From Chloroflexota bacterium (GTDB taxonomy: Bacteria > Chloroflexota > Limnocylindria > QHBO01): DNA of 64,000 nucleotides. Below the pieces are notes generated by a model. The model made no database searches. It was not told where the DNA came from and saw only the letters and a program-made list of their open reading frames with translations. Below, in pieces: positions 48,645-62,935 of the stretch. Each line of letters begins with the position of its first letter. Position 1 is the first letter of the stretch. The translations under genes were made by a program, and so were the position numbers. The stretch is taken from the NCBI GenBank assembly GCA_039933775.1, contig JBDTNK010000002.1, positions 6,147 to 70,146 of the forward strand, read 5' to 3'.

Positions 48645-50242
48645 GCCAGGCGCCAGGCCTCGACCGGGTCGCGCTTGCCCTTGATGCGCACCGGTCCGAG
48701 CGCTTCGAGCTCGAAGCTGCGCAGCATCTCGAGCTGCCGATGCGTCTCCGGACCGATGACCGCCTGGCCCGGCTGCGCGGCGGTCATCAGCCGCGATCCC
48801 AGGTTCGTCGTGTCGCCGATCGTCGCGAAGCTGCGCCGGTCGGCGCTCCCCACGTTGCCGACAGCCGCTGGGCCGGTGTTGATGCCGATCCGGAAACGCG
48901 GCCAGCCTGCGCGCGCAGCGATCTCGTTCGTCGCGTCGAGGATGCCAAGCGCGCAGCGCGCCGCGCGCACCACGTGGTCGGGCTGGTCGACGATGCCGTT
49001 GAAGAAGACGAGCACCCCGTCACCGGCGAACTGCTCGATGCTCCCGCCGGCTGTCTCGATGACCGGCACGACGGCACCCCAGAAGGCATTCAGCATGCCG
49101 ATGACCTCGGTCGGTGCGTGCGTCTCGCTGAACGAGGTGAAGTCCGCCAGGTCCGCGAAGAGCACCGTGACGATCCGCTCGCCACCGCCCAGCCGCCCGG
49201 CGTCCGGCTCGGTGCGCAGCCGCTGCGCGACGTGCTGCGGCAGGTAGGGAGCGAACAGCTCGTCGACGCGTTGCACCTCGCGCCCGGCTGCGACGAGCAC
49301 CTCGATCTCCTCGACCGAGGCGCCGTCGCTGCGGAGGTCGGCGATCAGCCGATCCGCCGGCTCGCCACGCGCCTGGAGCTCCGCGAGCTCGGCGATGGCT
49401 CGGCTGTGCCATCGGTCAACCCGTGCCAGCGTGGCTTCCTGGTAGATGGAACGGAAGGTCGCCGCCAGCGAGCCCGTCCGTCGGTACTCGGCGCGGGCCG
49501 CGACGGCGATCAGCCCAAACGCGGCGGCCATGAGGAGATGCCACTCCCACCAGCTCAGGTGCCAGCTGCGGCCCAGTGCCACGGCGACGGTCGCCTCGGC
49601 CAGAAGCACGAGCGCCGCGACGAGGGCAAGTGCCACCGCGCTGCCTCGCCGGCGCGCGATCCCGAGGTAGCGCCACGCGGCGAAGGCGTAGAGGGCGACG
49701 CCGACGGCTGCGACGATGGCGATGGGCCCGGAGACCTGCTCGATGGGCGGCACCGTCCGCAGCGGCTCGAGGCGAAGCAGCGAGACGGCTCCCCACGCGA
49801 TCATGAGCGTGATGACGCCCCAGCGCAGCAGGGATCTGTAGCGCAGCACGGTGCGCCCTCGCGGCCCGGCGAGCGGGCTGACCGATGCCGCGCTGAAGAC
49901 GCTGGCGAGGACCAGGCCGACCGGCGTCGCGATCACGAATCCGGCGTTCGCCTCGGGCAGCAGCGCGCCAGGCGTGGCGAGTGCGTGGAGCGCGAGAAAA
50001 CCGGCGCTCAGGAGGAAGGCGAGGGAGACGAGGAAGAGCCGAGCATCGTCGTGCCGGCTGGCGGCGGCGTTCGTGAAGAGCGCCAGCGCGACGCTGACCG
50101 CAGCCGTGCCGAGGACGAGCCAGAAGTGGCTTGGATGGTGCTCCCAGACGATGTCGAGCGCCGGGCGGCCCACGAGCAGGCCCAGCCCCACCAGCGGAAG
50201 TGCTAGGGCGACGGCGCCCGGAAGCCATCGGCGCTCGGTCAT
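48617..50242 (-). CDS. Membrane-anchored class III adenylate/guanylate cyclase
   Basis: An N-terminal domain of about 7 TM segments and unknown type is followed by the cyclase core VTVLFADLADFTSFSE...FAGDGVLVFFN...RIGINTGPAAVGNVG...ATIGDTTNLGSRL. The 3' end overlaps the GNAT gene by 28 bp. Confidence 0.85.
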   Translation of the reverse strand: MTERRWLPGAVALALPLVGLGLLVGRPALDIVWEHHPSHFWLVLGTAAVSVALALFTNAAASRHDDARLFLVSLAFLLSAGFLALHALATPGALLPEANAGFVIATPVGLVLASVFSAASVSPLAGPRGRTVLRYRSLLRWGVITLMIAWGAVSLLRLEPLRTVPPIEQVSGPIAIVAAVGVALYAFAAWRYLGIARRRGSAVALALVAALVLLAEATVAVALGRSWHLSWWEWHLLMAAAFGLIAVAARAEYRRTGSLAATFRSIYQEATLARVDRWHSRAIAELAELQARGEPADRLIADLRSDGASVEEIEVLVAAGREVQRVDELFAPYLPQHVAQRLRTEPDAGRLGGGERIVTVLFADLADFTSFSETHAPTEVIGMLNAFWGAVVPVIETAGGSIEQFAGDGVLVFFNGIVDQPDHVVRAARCALGILDATNEIAARAGWPRFRIGINTGPAAVGNVGSADRRSFATIGDTTNLGSRLMTAAQPGQAVIGPETHRQLEMLRSFELEALGPVRIKGKRDPVEAWRLAQASPRSLE

Positions 50243-50279
50243 GGCGCGCCGATTGTCGCATTCGCCCACAACCGCGCGG

Positions 50280-51665
50280 TCAGGGCAGCGAGACGGTCGT
50301 TCCCTCCCGGCGCGAGCGCTCTGCCGCGAAGGCCATGAGGTGGCTCTCCGCCGCCTCCTCGAGCGTGGTCAGCGCCGCGGGGCGCGACTCGCCACGTCGG
50401 CGGGCGAGCGCGTGGGCGACGAAGGCCGAGATGAGGCCCTCGTCGCCGCCGTCGTGGCCGACGAATGAGCCGCTCGCCACGTCGGCTCCGAGCGGATCAT
50501 CGATGGGCGTCGCCGTGACCAGCTCGACCTGGTCTCCGGCGAGGGCGGCGCGTCCCGCGGCGTCGCGTCCCCAGTCCTCGCTGATCGGAGCTCCCGGCGC
50601 CGGCAGGAAGCGGCGGAGCTCGATCTCCCCGGTGTCGAGCCGCCCGCGCAGCTCGCCGCGGGTGCCCATGAGCTTGATCGTGCGCGTGTTGTCGGGCGTG
50701 AACGCGCTCACCGTCAGCGAGGCCGTCACGCCGTTCGCGAACTCGAGCGTGGCGACCTGGTGATCGGCGACGTCGTTATCGCAACGGTAGACGCAGCGCC
50801 CATACAGGCCCTCTCGTAGCGCACGCTCGCGGCCGGCGGGCGAGGTGTCGAAGCTGATCGCGCTCACCGGGGGTCCGTCTGTCAATGCCAGCCGCTCGAT
50901 GTAGAAGCGCGGCGCGTAGAACGGGCACGTCTCGGCGTGCGGGCAGCCGTCGATGCAGCGCGCCGGTGCGCCGGACGGCACGTTCTCCGCTCGAAAATGA
51001 CGCAGTCCGCCAGCGGAATGGACGCGAACGCACGGCGCCCCAGCGAACCAGCGCAGCAGGTCGAGGTCGTGGCACGCCTTTGCCAGGAGCATCGGGCTGG
51101 CGGTCGCCTCGTTGCGCCAGTTGCCGCGCACGTACGAGTGGGCGAAATGCCAGTAGCCGATGTTCTCGGCGTGGTCGATCCCGATGAGGTTGCCGACGGC
51201 GCCTTCGTCCACCAGCCGGTGCAGCGTCGAGAAGAATGGCGTGTAGCGCAGGACGTGCGAGACGGTCACCGAACCTGAGCTGCGGCGTGCGGCATCGCGG
51301 ACCGCGAGCACGCCCTCCAGCGTGGGTGCAATCGGTTTCTCGAGCAGGACATCGCGCCCGTGCTCGAGCGCGGCCACTGCCGGCTCGACATGCTCGCGGT
51401 CCGGGGTCGCGACGATGATCGCCTCGAACGATGGGCGCGGGCTCGTGAAGAGGGAGCGCCAGTCGACGTGGACGTCATCGGGCTCGAGCCCATGCTCAGT
51501 GGCGAATCGGTCGCGCTTGTCGGGATCGGACTCGGCGCAGGCGACGACCCGAATTCGCTTCGGATACGCGAGCGCATAGGCGCCATAGGCGCGCCGGCCG
51601 CGCTCGCCACAGCCGATGACCGCAACCCGCAGCGGCCCTTTGGGAAACGGTGGCATGAGGCTCAA
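50280..51665 (-). CDS. Gfo/Idh/MocA-family oxidoreductase
   Basis: The TTG start lies 8 nt after GGAG. The sequence is LRVAVIGCGERGRRAY...EAIIVATPDREHVEPAVAALEHGRDVLLEKP. Confidence 0.82.
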   Translation of the reverse strand: MSLMPPFPKGPLRVAVIGCGERGRRAYGAYALAYPKRIRVVACAESDPDKRDRFATEHGLEPDDVHVDWRSLFTSPRPSFEAIIVATPDREHVEPAVAALEHGRDVLLEKPIAPTLEGVLAVRDAARRSSGSVTVSHVLRYTPFFSTLHRLVDEGAVGNLIGIDHAENIGYWHFAHSYVRGNWRNEATASPMLLAKACHDLDLLRWFAGAPCVRVHSAGGLRHFRAENVPSGAPARCIDGCPHAETCPFYAPRFYIERLALTDGPPVSAISFDTSPAGRERALREGLYGRCVYRCDNDVADHQVATLEFANGVTASLTVSAFTPDNTRTIKLMGTRGELRGRLDTGEIELRRFLPAPGAPISEDWGRDAAGRAALAGDQVELVTATPIDDPLGADVASGSFVGHDGGDEGLISAFVAHALARRRGESRPAALTTLEEAAESHLMAFAAERSRREGTTVSLP

Positions 51666-51763
51666 TCTGGTTACTCCCCTCGGGGCGCCTCAGTATGCGT
51701 CCTGCCGCCCAGATCGGGGAGGGAGCGCGATGCGGACGATGGACATCGGCCGAGCGCGGCAGC

Positions 51764-52435
51764 TCAGCCCGGCAGCACTCGCCGGTTCGGATCGTCGCGC
51801 CAGGCGAGGTACGAGTAGCCGAAGAGCACGGCGATCATGCTGAAGAGTCCCACCATGAGGATCCAAACAAATGCCTCGGGTGGGAAGAGGACCGTGGTGA
51901 GGATCATCGCCACGCCCAGCGCGATGAAGAGGTATCCGCCGAGCCGATGGGTTCGCGTCCATGAGCGCTCACTGGTGAGCGTCCACGGCGTGCGGATGCC
52001 GAAGAACCAGTTGCTGCGCGTCTTGCCCAGGAAGTTGCCGATGACGATGAAGAGGACACCAACCCCGATTCCCACGATGCGCACGACGTTCGCTTCGCCG
52101 CCGAGCGCGGCCATCACCGCAAACGCGTGCAGCACGGTCATGAAGGCAAGCACGGCGATCCCGATGGCGATGTACGCGGTGCCGGACCGCTCCAGGTTCT
52201 GTCGCCGCGGCTCGATGCGCGGAAGCGCCACGAGCAGCGCCAGGACTCCCGCGCTCACGATCGGCAAGCCGAGCAGCGCGGCCCACTTCGGTCCGAAGCC
52301 ATCCGCCTCGCCGTTCGGGCCCTAGTGCAGCGGGATCTGCGCGTCAGCCGGAATCTGCGGCCACGCCCATGCGCTGACGGCGAGCATGGCGAGCACCAGT
52401 GCGCCGCCGATGATGACAAGCCGACGAATTTTCAT
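51764..52435 (-). pseudogene. sdpI: SdpI/DUF1648-family membrane protein interrupted by one in-frame TAG
   Basis: On the minus strand, ATG 52435 gives MKIRRLVIIGGALVLAMLAVSAWAWPQIPADAQIPLH. A TAG follows at 52324-52322. The same frame then continues GPNGEADGFGPKWAALLGLPIVSAG...WFFGIRTPWTLTSERSW to the stop at 51764. The start overlaps the sdpR stop (ATGA). Confidence 0.7.
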
Positions 52436-52707
52436 CTGGTCTCCTCGGAATGTATGCCCAGCGCGCTCATCAGCGATGCCATCGCCGCTTCGAGCACGCT
52501 GAGGTTGAGGTGGTATGTGAAGGAGGTGCCGTGGCGGTCGGCCTGCACGAGGTCCGCCTCACGCAGCACCTTGAGATGGCCCGATACCGTCGGCCACGAA
52601 AGCTCGAACTGGGCCGCGAGCTCGCCGGCCGTCACATCGCCGCCGCGCAGGATGGCCAGGATGCGGGTGCGCGTGGGGTCGGAGAGGGCTCGGTACACGT
52701 CGTTCAT
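52432..52707 (-). CDS. sdpR: ArsR/SdpR-family winged-helix transcriptional repressor
   Basis: The sequence is VYRALSDPTRTRILAILRGGDVTAGELAAQFELSWPTVSGHLKVLREADLV. Confidence 0.85.
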   Translation of the reverse strand: MNDVYRALSDPTRTRILAILRGGDVTAGELAAQFELSWPTVSGHLKVLREADLVQADRHGTSFTYHLNLSVLEAAMASLMSALGIHSEETR

Positions 52708-52723
52708 TTTTCTTCGGCATCTG

Positions 52724-52739
52724 CCTAATTAGGAATCTA
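52724..52739 (-). promoter_or_regulatory. Candidate sdpR -10 element plus a 10-bp perfect palindrome (possible SdpR operator)
   Basis: On the minus strand, TAGATT (52739-52734) is followed immediately by CCTAATTAGG (52733-52724). This is the AT-richest spot in the area. Confidence 0.35.
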
Positions 52740-52752
52740 CCGAACCATAACA

Positions 52753-52781
52753 TGCCGAGTGCGACGGCGCAGGCGTATACT
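52753..52781 (+). promoter_or_regulatory. Candidate acnA promoter
   Basis: TGCCGA, a 17-nt spacer, then TATACT (52776-52781). The leader of roughly 90 nt contains the hairpin GGACGGG-CGCA-CCCGTCC and the SD AAGGAGG. Confidence 0.35.
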
Positions 52782-52876
52782 TGGTGGGCAACTTTCGACC
52801 CGGGACGGGCGCACCCGTCCGGCGCCGACTTCTCACCGATGCCGCGCTGGCGCGTGGCCACGACAAGGAGGCGACC

Positions 52877-55726
<2,850 letters not shown>

Positions 55727-55853
55727 TCGAGCCTGCGCGAGTGATTGCCCGAGCGCCAGCCGTCCCATCCTGGCTGCCATCGTTGCCGGGCGCCCACCCA
55801 TCGGGCTAGACTCTGCCGGCACCGATTTGTGCCGCCCTGCGCTGGAGTCCTTC

Positions 55854-56384
55854 GTGACCGTCACTTCCATCGACGACCTGCGTGCCCGCATTCGTGAAGT
55901 CCCCGACTTCCCGAAGCCGGGGATCCTGTTTTACGACATCACCACGCTCCTCAAGGAACCCGAGGCGTTCCGGGCGGTGATCGACCAGATGGCGGCACAG
56001 GTGGGCGACGCCAAGGTCGATATCGTGGTCGGGATGGAGTCGCGCGGGTTCATCTTCAGCGCCCCGCTGGCCTATCAGCTGCATGCGGGGTTCGTCCCGG
56101 TGCGCAAGCTCGGAAAGCTGCCCGCCGAAACGATCGAGGTCGAATACGACCTCGAATACGGGACCGCCACGCTCGAGATTCACAAGGACGCGATCGAGGA
56201 GGGCCAGCGCGTCCTGATCGTCGACGACCTGCTCGCCACCGGTGGCACCGTGATGGGCACGATCGAGCTCGTGCGCCGGTTGGGTGGCGAGGTCGCTGGC
56301 CTGTCGTTCATGGTCGAGCTGACCGCACTGCGCGGCCGCGACAAGCTCGGCGAGTTCGACATCCACAGCCTCCTCAGCTACTGA
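55854..56384 (+). CDS. apt: Adenine phosphoribosyltransferase
   Basis: GTG 55854. The sequence is [21 protein letters not shown]...GMESRGFIF...[13 protein letters not shown]. Confidence 0.9.
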   Translation: MTVTSIDDLRARIREVPDFPKPGILFYDITTLLKEPEAFRAVIDQMAAQVGDAKVDIVVGMESRGFIFSAPLAYQLHAGFVPVRKLGKLPAETIEVEYDLEYGTATLEIHKDAIEEGQRVLIVDDLLATGGTVMGTIELVRRLGGEVAGLSFMVELTALRGRDKLGEFDIHSLLSY

Positions 56385-56416
56385 CGTCCAGAGCAGGGCG
56401 GTCGATCGAGCGCCGC

Positions 56417-58533
<2,117 letters not shown>

Positions 58534-58611
58534 GCGGGCGCTGGTCGGCCGGCGCGAGCGGAGCCGCTGCTGAATGAACCGTCGCAGCTCCGGAAGCGTA
58601 GGGACTGGTGC

Positions 58612-58983
58612 ATGAATATCGCACCGTCCGGCCCGGGCATCGTCATGGTGCTCGACTGCGCCGACGGGCCGCGCCTGGCCGAGTTTTGGAGCGCCACGCT
58701 CAACTACCCGATCACGCGCCAGGTCGAGCAGTTCACGATCCTGCGACCGGTTGATGACGCCGATCCGCGCCCACAGCTCATCCTGCAGCAGGTTCCCGAG
58801 CCGAAGGGCGTGAAGAACCGGATGCACATGGATCTGCACGTCGGCGACGTCGAGGGCGAGGTGAGCCGTCTGCTGGGGATCGGCGCTCGCAAGGTCCAGG
58901 AGCAGCCGAACTGCCTGGGCGACTACTGCTGGTACCTGCTGGCCGATCCGGAGGGCAACGAATTCTGCGTGGCCCCCGCCTGA
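58612..58983 (+). CDS. VOC-family (glyoxalase-like domain) protein
   Basis: The sequence is VLDCADGPRLAEFWSATLNY...KNRMHMDLHV...ADPEGNEFCV. Confidence 0.72.
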   Translation: MNIAPSGPGIVMVLDCADGPRLAEFWSATLNYPITRQVEQFTILRPVDDADPRPQLILQQVPEPKGVKNRMHMDLHVGDVEGEVSRLLGIGARKVQEQPNCLGDYCWYLLADPEGNEFCVAPA

Positions 58984-59007
58984 CGATCGACGCAGACGGA
59001 CACGCCG

Positions 59008-60213
59008 GTGCGGCGATATCCTCTCGGGGTGCTTGGCCCCGCCCACGCTGACCGCCGGCGCTCCGGACCCCGAAGCGCCGTCCCGATCCTCATCGGTCTT
59101 GTCCTGCTGGCGGTCGTCTGGCTCATGCCAGACCTCGCGCCACGCGAGTCGTTCCCGGTCCAGGGCGAGTTGCAGGTCCGTGCCCGGGTGCTCGAGCCGC
59201 CCGCCGCGCCCGATGCCCAGGGCGTGGTCACAGCCCGGGTCGAGCTCCTGGAGGGCGAGCGCAGCGGCGAGCAGGCCGACGCGTTGGTGCAGGGCGGCAC
59301 GATGGGTCCGGGCATCACCGGCGTGCCGATCGAGTACCGCGCCGGCGACGAGGTGATGGTCTCGATCTTCACCGGCCCCGCCGGGGGCGGCCAGATGCAG
59401 ATCTCCGACGCCTGGCGTGTCCCCGTTCTCGTGGCGCTTGGAGCGCTCTTTGCGCTCGCTGTCACGCTGGTGGGCGGCTGGCGGGGCGTCGCGTCCCTGC
59501 TGGCGCTGGGGCTGACGCTGCTCGTGGTCGTCAGGATCGTCGTGCCGCTCGTGCTGCGCGGCTGGGACCCGGTGCTGCTGGCGGTCGTCGCGGCGGTGGG
59601 CCTGACGGTCGTCTCGCTGCTCCTGACCGAGGGCGCGCGCCGCGCGACGCTCGCGGCCATGATCGGCACCGGCCTGGCGCTGGCGCTCACCGGGGCGCTG
59701 GCCGCGGCGTTCTCGGGCCTGGCTCGTTTCTCGGCGCTCGGCGGCTCCGAGGAGATCGGATTCCTCATCCCGCTGCTGGGCGAGCGCCTGGACGCGCGCG
59801 GCCTGCTGCTGGCTGCAACGATCTTCGGGGCGCTCGGCGTGCTCGACGACGTGACGATGACCCAGGCCGCCACCGTGGAGCAGCTCGCGCTCTCGGACCC
59901 GGGAGCAGGGCGTTGGCGTGTCTTCGAGCGCGCGATGGAAGTTGGCCGTTCGCACATCGCGGCGGTCGTCAACACGCTGGTGCTGGCCTACCTGGGGGCC
60001 GGTCTGCCGCTCCTGCTTCTTTTCGCGGTGGGCACGCAGGGAGCCGCAACGGTGCTCAACGCCGAGATCGTGGCGGTCGAGGTCGTTCGCGCCCTCGTGG
60101 GCAGCATCGGCATCGTGGCAGCCGTCCCGCTCACCACCGCGATCGCGGCCTGGCTGCTGCCGCGCCGATCAACCGGGGAGCTCGCGCCCTCGGCACCCGG
60201 ACCATCGGTCTGA
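59008..60213 (+). CDS. YibE/F-family integral membrane protein
   Basis: The protein is polytopic, with [27 protein letters not shown] and [16 protein letters not shown]. An alternative start is GTG 59029, 6 nt after TATCCT (59017-59022). Confidence 0.78.
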   Translation: MRRYPLGVLGPAHADRRRSGPRSAVPILIGLVLLAVVWLMPDLAPRESFPVQGELQVRARVLEPPAAPDAQGVVTARVELLEGERSGEQADALVQGGTMGPGITGVPIEYRAGDEVMVSIFTGPAGGGQMQISDAWRVPVLVALGALFALAVTLVGGWRGVASLLALGLTLLVVVRIVVPLVLRGWDPVLLAVVAAVGLTVVSLLLTEGARRATLAAMIGTGLALALTGALAAAFSGLARFSALGGSEEIGFLIPLLGERLDARGLLLAATIFGALGVLDDVTMTQAATVEQLALSDPGAGRWRVFERAMEVGRSHIAAVVNTLVLAYLGAGLPLLLLFAVGTQGAATVLNAEIVAVEVVRALVGSIGIVAAVPLTTAIAAWLLPRRSTGELAPSAPGPSV

Positions 60214-60229
60214 CGGTACACTCGCAGCC

Positions 60230-61420
60230 GTGAAACGCGACGAGACGATCCTGTTCACCTCCGAATCCGTGACGGAGGGCCATCCCGACAAGCTGTGCGA
60301 CGCGGTCGCGGACGCGATCCTGGACGACGTCCTGAGCAAGGACCCGGCGGCACGCTCCGCGATCGAGGTGGCCACGACGACCGGGCTCGTGTTCGTCCTC
60401 GGTGAGCTGACCACCGAGTCGTACGTGGACGTGCAGAGCGTCGTGCGCGAGACGGTCAAGGAGATCGGCTACGACGACTCGCGCCTGGGCTTCGATTGGG
60501 AGACGTGCGGCGCCATCGTGGCAGTCAAGGAGCAGAGCCCCGATATCAAGCAGGGCGTTGACGCGTCACTCGAGGCGCGCGAGGGCACCGAGCCGATGGA
60601 GCTTGGCGCCGGCGACCAGGGGATGATGTTCGGCTACGCCAGCGACGAGACCGATGAGCTGATGCCGATGCCGATCGTGCTGGCGCATCGCATCGCGCGA
60701 CGCCTGGCGGAGGTGCGCAAGGATGGCACGCTGCCCTTCCTGCGCCCTGACGGCAAGAGCCAGGTCACGATCGAGTACGGGTCCGATGGTCGACCGCAGC
60801 GTGTCCACACCGTGCTCGTCAGTACGCAGCACGATCCGGAGGTCGGCTCCGAGCAGCTGGCCGACGTCGTCCGGCGCGAGATCGTGGAGGCCGTCATTCC
60901 GCCGGAGCTGCTCGACGCCCGGACACGTCACCTCGTCAACCCGACCGGGCGCTTCGTCGTCGGTGGACCGATGGGGGACTCGGGCCTCTCCGGACGCAAG
61001 ATCATCGTCGACACCTACGGCGGCATGGCGCGCCACGGCGGCGGCAGCTTCTCCGGCAAGGACCCCACGAAGGTGGACCGATCGGCCGCCTACGCCGCGC
61101 GGTGGGTCGCAAAGAACGTCGTGGCGGCCGGCCTGGCGCGGCGCTGCGAGCTGCAGCTGGCGTACGCCATCGGCGTCGCGCAGCCGCTGGCCATGAACAT
61201 CGACACCTTCGGCACCGGGTCGATCGACGACGCGCGCATCCTGGCGCTGGTACGCGAGCACTTCGACCTGCGGCCCGGGGCGATCATCGAGGCGCTCGAC
61301 CTGCGGCGCCCGATCTACCGCCCCACAGCGGCCTACGGTCATTTCGGACGCCCCGACCTGGACCTGCCCTGGGAGCGCATCGACCGCGCGGACGCGCTGC
61401 GTTCCGCGGCGACGGCCTGA
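60230..61420 (+). CDS. metK: S-adenosylmethionine synthase
   Basis: GTG 60230 gives [24 protein letters not shown]...[12 protein letters not shown]...[22 protein letters not shown] (60217-60222) lies 7 nt upstream. Confidence 0.95.
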   Translation: MKRDETILFTSESVTEGHPDKLCDAVADAILDDVLSKDPAARSAIEVATTTGLVFVLGELTTESYVDVQSVVRETVKEIGYDDSRLGFDWETCGAIVAVKEQSPDIKQGVDASLEAREGTEPMELGAGDQGMMFGYASDETDELMPMPIVLAHRIARRLAEVRKDGTLPFLRPDGKSQVTIEYGSDGRPQRVHTVLVSTQHDPEVGSEQLADVVRREIVEAVIPPELLDARTRHLVNPTGRFVVGGPMGDSGLSGRKIIVDTYGGMARHGGGSFSGKDPTKVDRSAAYAARWVAKNVVAAGLARRCELQLAYAIGVAQPLAMNIDTFGTGSIDDARILALVREHFDLRPGAIIEALDLRRPIYRPTAAYGHFGRPDLDLPWERIDRADALRSAATA

Positions 61421-61430
61421 GCTGAGGGAT

Positions 61431-62093
61431 TTGGCCGGAGCGATGCACCGGCACGACGAGGGACACGAGCACCGGCACACCTCGCCGCGCCCAGAGCCAC
61501 GCGCGCGCGGGCGTCGCGGCTGGATGGCGCAGCTCGTCGGTTGGACGAGGGGCGTCCGCGCCGGCCCGCGCGGTGGCGGCCCGACGCCACTTACCGCGGC
61601 CGAGCGCCGCGGCGAGCTGGTGCGGGCATATCTCGCAGCGGAGGGGGAGGGCGACCACCGGCGCGCCGCGGCGGCGGCCACGACGCAGCTGGAGCGAGCC
61701 GCCGCCGATGGACTGTGGACGGTCGCCGATGCATGGGGCCATCGCGCGCTGTGGCACTACGAGCGCGCCGGTATGGAGCTGCATGCCACGCGCGCCGCTC
61801 GGCGGATCGCAGACGTTCGCCTCGTGGGCGGTGATGCCGCCGGCTCGCGACGCTACTATGCCGAGGCGATCAGCGAGGCGCGCGACCTCGGGGCCGAGCG
61901 CGAGGAGGGCCTCGCGGCGCTGGGGCTGGGGCGCGCGCACCTGCAGCTGCGACGGGTCGGCGAATCCCGACGGCTGGCGCAGATTGCGATCGACCTGCTG
62001 GAGCGTTGCCGCGCCCCCGCGGACGAGATCGCCGCCGCGCGCGCGCTGCGCGGCACGGAGAAGCAGGTCACGATCGAAGGGATCAGCGAATGA
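61431..62093 (+). CDS. Hypothetical protein, His-rich N-terminus and helical-repeat (TPR-like) body
   Basis: 220-aa ORF. The N-terminus is MHRHDEGHEHRH. It shows repeated A..Y..A...A..LG-type helices and an ATGA overlap with proC. The start is unresolved and no family was recognised. Confidence 0.45.
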   Translation: MAGAMHRHDEGHEHRHTSPRPEPRARGRRGWMAQLVGWTRGVRAGPRGGGPTPLTAAERRGELVRAYLAAEGEGDHRRAAAAATTQLERAAADGLWTVADAWGHRALWHYERAGMELHATRAARRIADVRLVGGDAAGSRRYYAEAISEARDLGAEREEGLAALGLGRAHLQLRRVGESRRLAQIAIDLLERCRAPADEIAAARALRGTEKQVTIEGISE

Positions 62094-62935
62094 GCGACGA
62101 ACGCGAGATGCATGTCGGGATCATCGGTGCCGGCGTGATGGCCGAGGCCATGATCGCGGGCCTGCTTGCCAACCACGCGGTGAGCGCGGAGCGGCTTGTC
62201 GCCTCGCATCCACGAGTCGAGCGGCGCGAGACGCTGGTCGAGCGGCATCACATCGGGGTCGTCGGCGGTAATGTCGAGGCGGCCCACGATGCCGAGATCG
62301 TCGTGCTGGCCGTGAAGCCGCAGATGCTCGCCCGCGTCATGGGCGAGCTGCGCGGCCGGCTGCGCGACGACCAGGTGGTCCTCTCGATTGTCGCCGGGGC
62401 CAAGCTCGGCACGCTGTCGCGCGGCCTGGGCCACGCCGCCGTGGTACGTGCGATGCCGAACACGCCGTCGCAGATTCGTCGCGGCATCACGGTCTGGGCC
62501 GCCTCGGCGGCCTGCAGCGAGCGCCAGCGAGAGCACGCACGCGCCGTCCTGCGCGCGCTGGGGGACGAGCGCCAGGTCGAGGACGAGGAGTTCGTGGCGA
62601 TGGCCACCGCCCTGTCGGGTACCGGACCCACGTACCTGTTCGCGATCATGGAGGCGCTCATCGACGCCGGCGTGCACATGGGCTTCCCGCGCCAGCTGTC
62701 GCACGATCTCGTGGTGGCGACGCTCGTCGGCTCCTCGGAGTACGCCGCTCAGTCGGACCTGCATCCGGCGCAGCTGCGCAATGCGGTGACATCGCCCGGC
62801 GGCACCAGCGCGGCGGCGATCTACGAGCTCGAGAAGGGCCGATACCGCACGGTCCTGTCCGATGCGGTGTGGGCGGCCTACCGGCGCACGCAGGAGCTCG
62901 GCGACCGCCTCGAACACGATCTCGAGGGCGGCTGA
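62090..62935 (+). CDS. proC: Pyrroline-5-carboxylate reductase
   Basis: The sequence is MHVGIIGAGVMAEAMIAGL...VLAVKPQ...VRAMPNTPS...VTSPGGTSAAAI. Confidence 0.9.
   Translation: MSDEREMHVGIIGAGVMAEAMIAGLLANHAVSAERLVASHPRVERRETLVERHHIGVVGGNVEAAHDAEIVVLAVKPQMLARVMGELRGRLRDDQVVLSIVAGAKLGTLSRGLGHAAVVRAMPNTPSQIRRGITVWAASAACSERQREHARAVLRALGDERQVEDEEFVAMATALSGTGPTYLFAIMEALIDAGVHMGFPRQLSHDLVVATLVGSSEYAAQSDLHPAQLRNAVTSPGGTSAAAIYELEKGRYRTVLSDAVWAAYRRTQELGDRLEHDLEGG

Noticed and set aside
60213-60230. Expectation of a SAM riboswitch upstream of metK
   Set aside because: Only 17 nt separate metK from the preceding gene. There is no room for an aptamer, and no SAM-I-like conserved segments are seen nearby.
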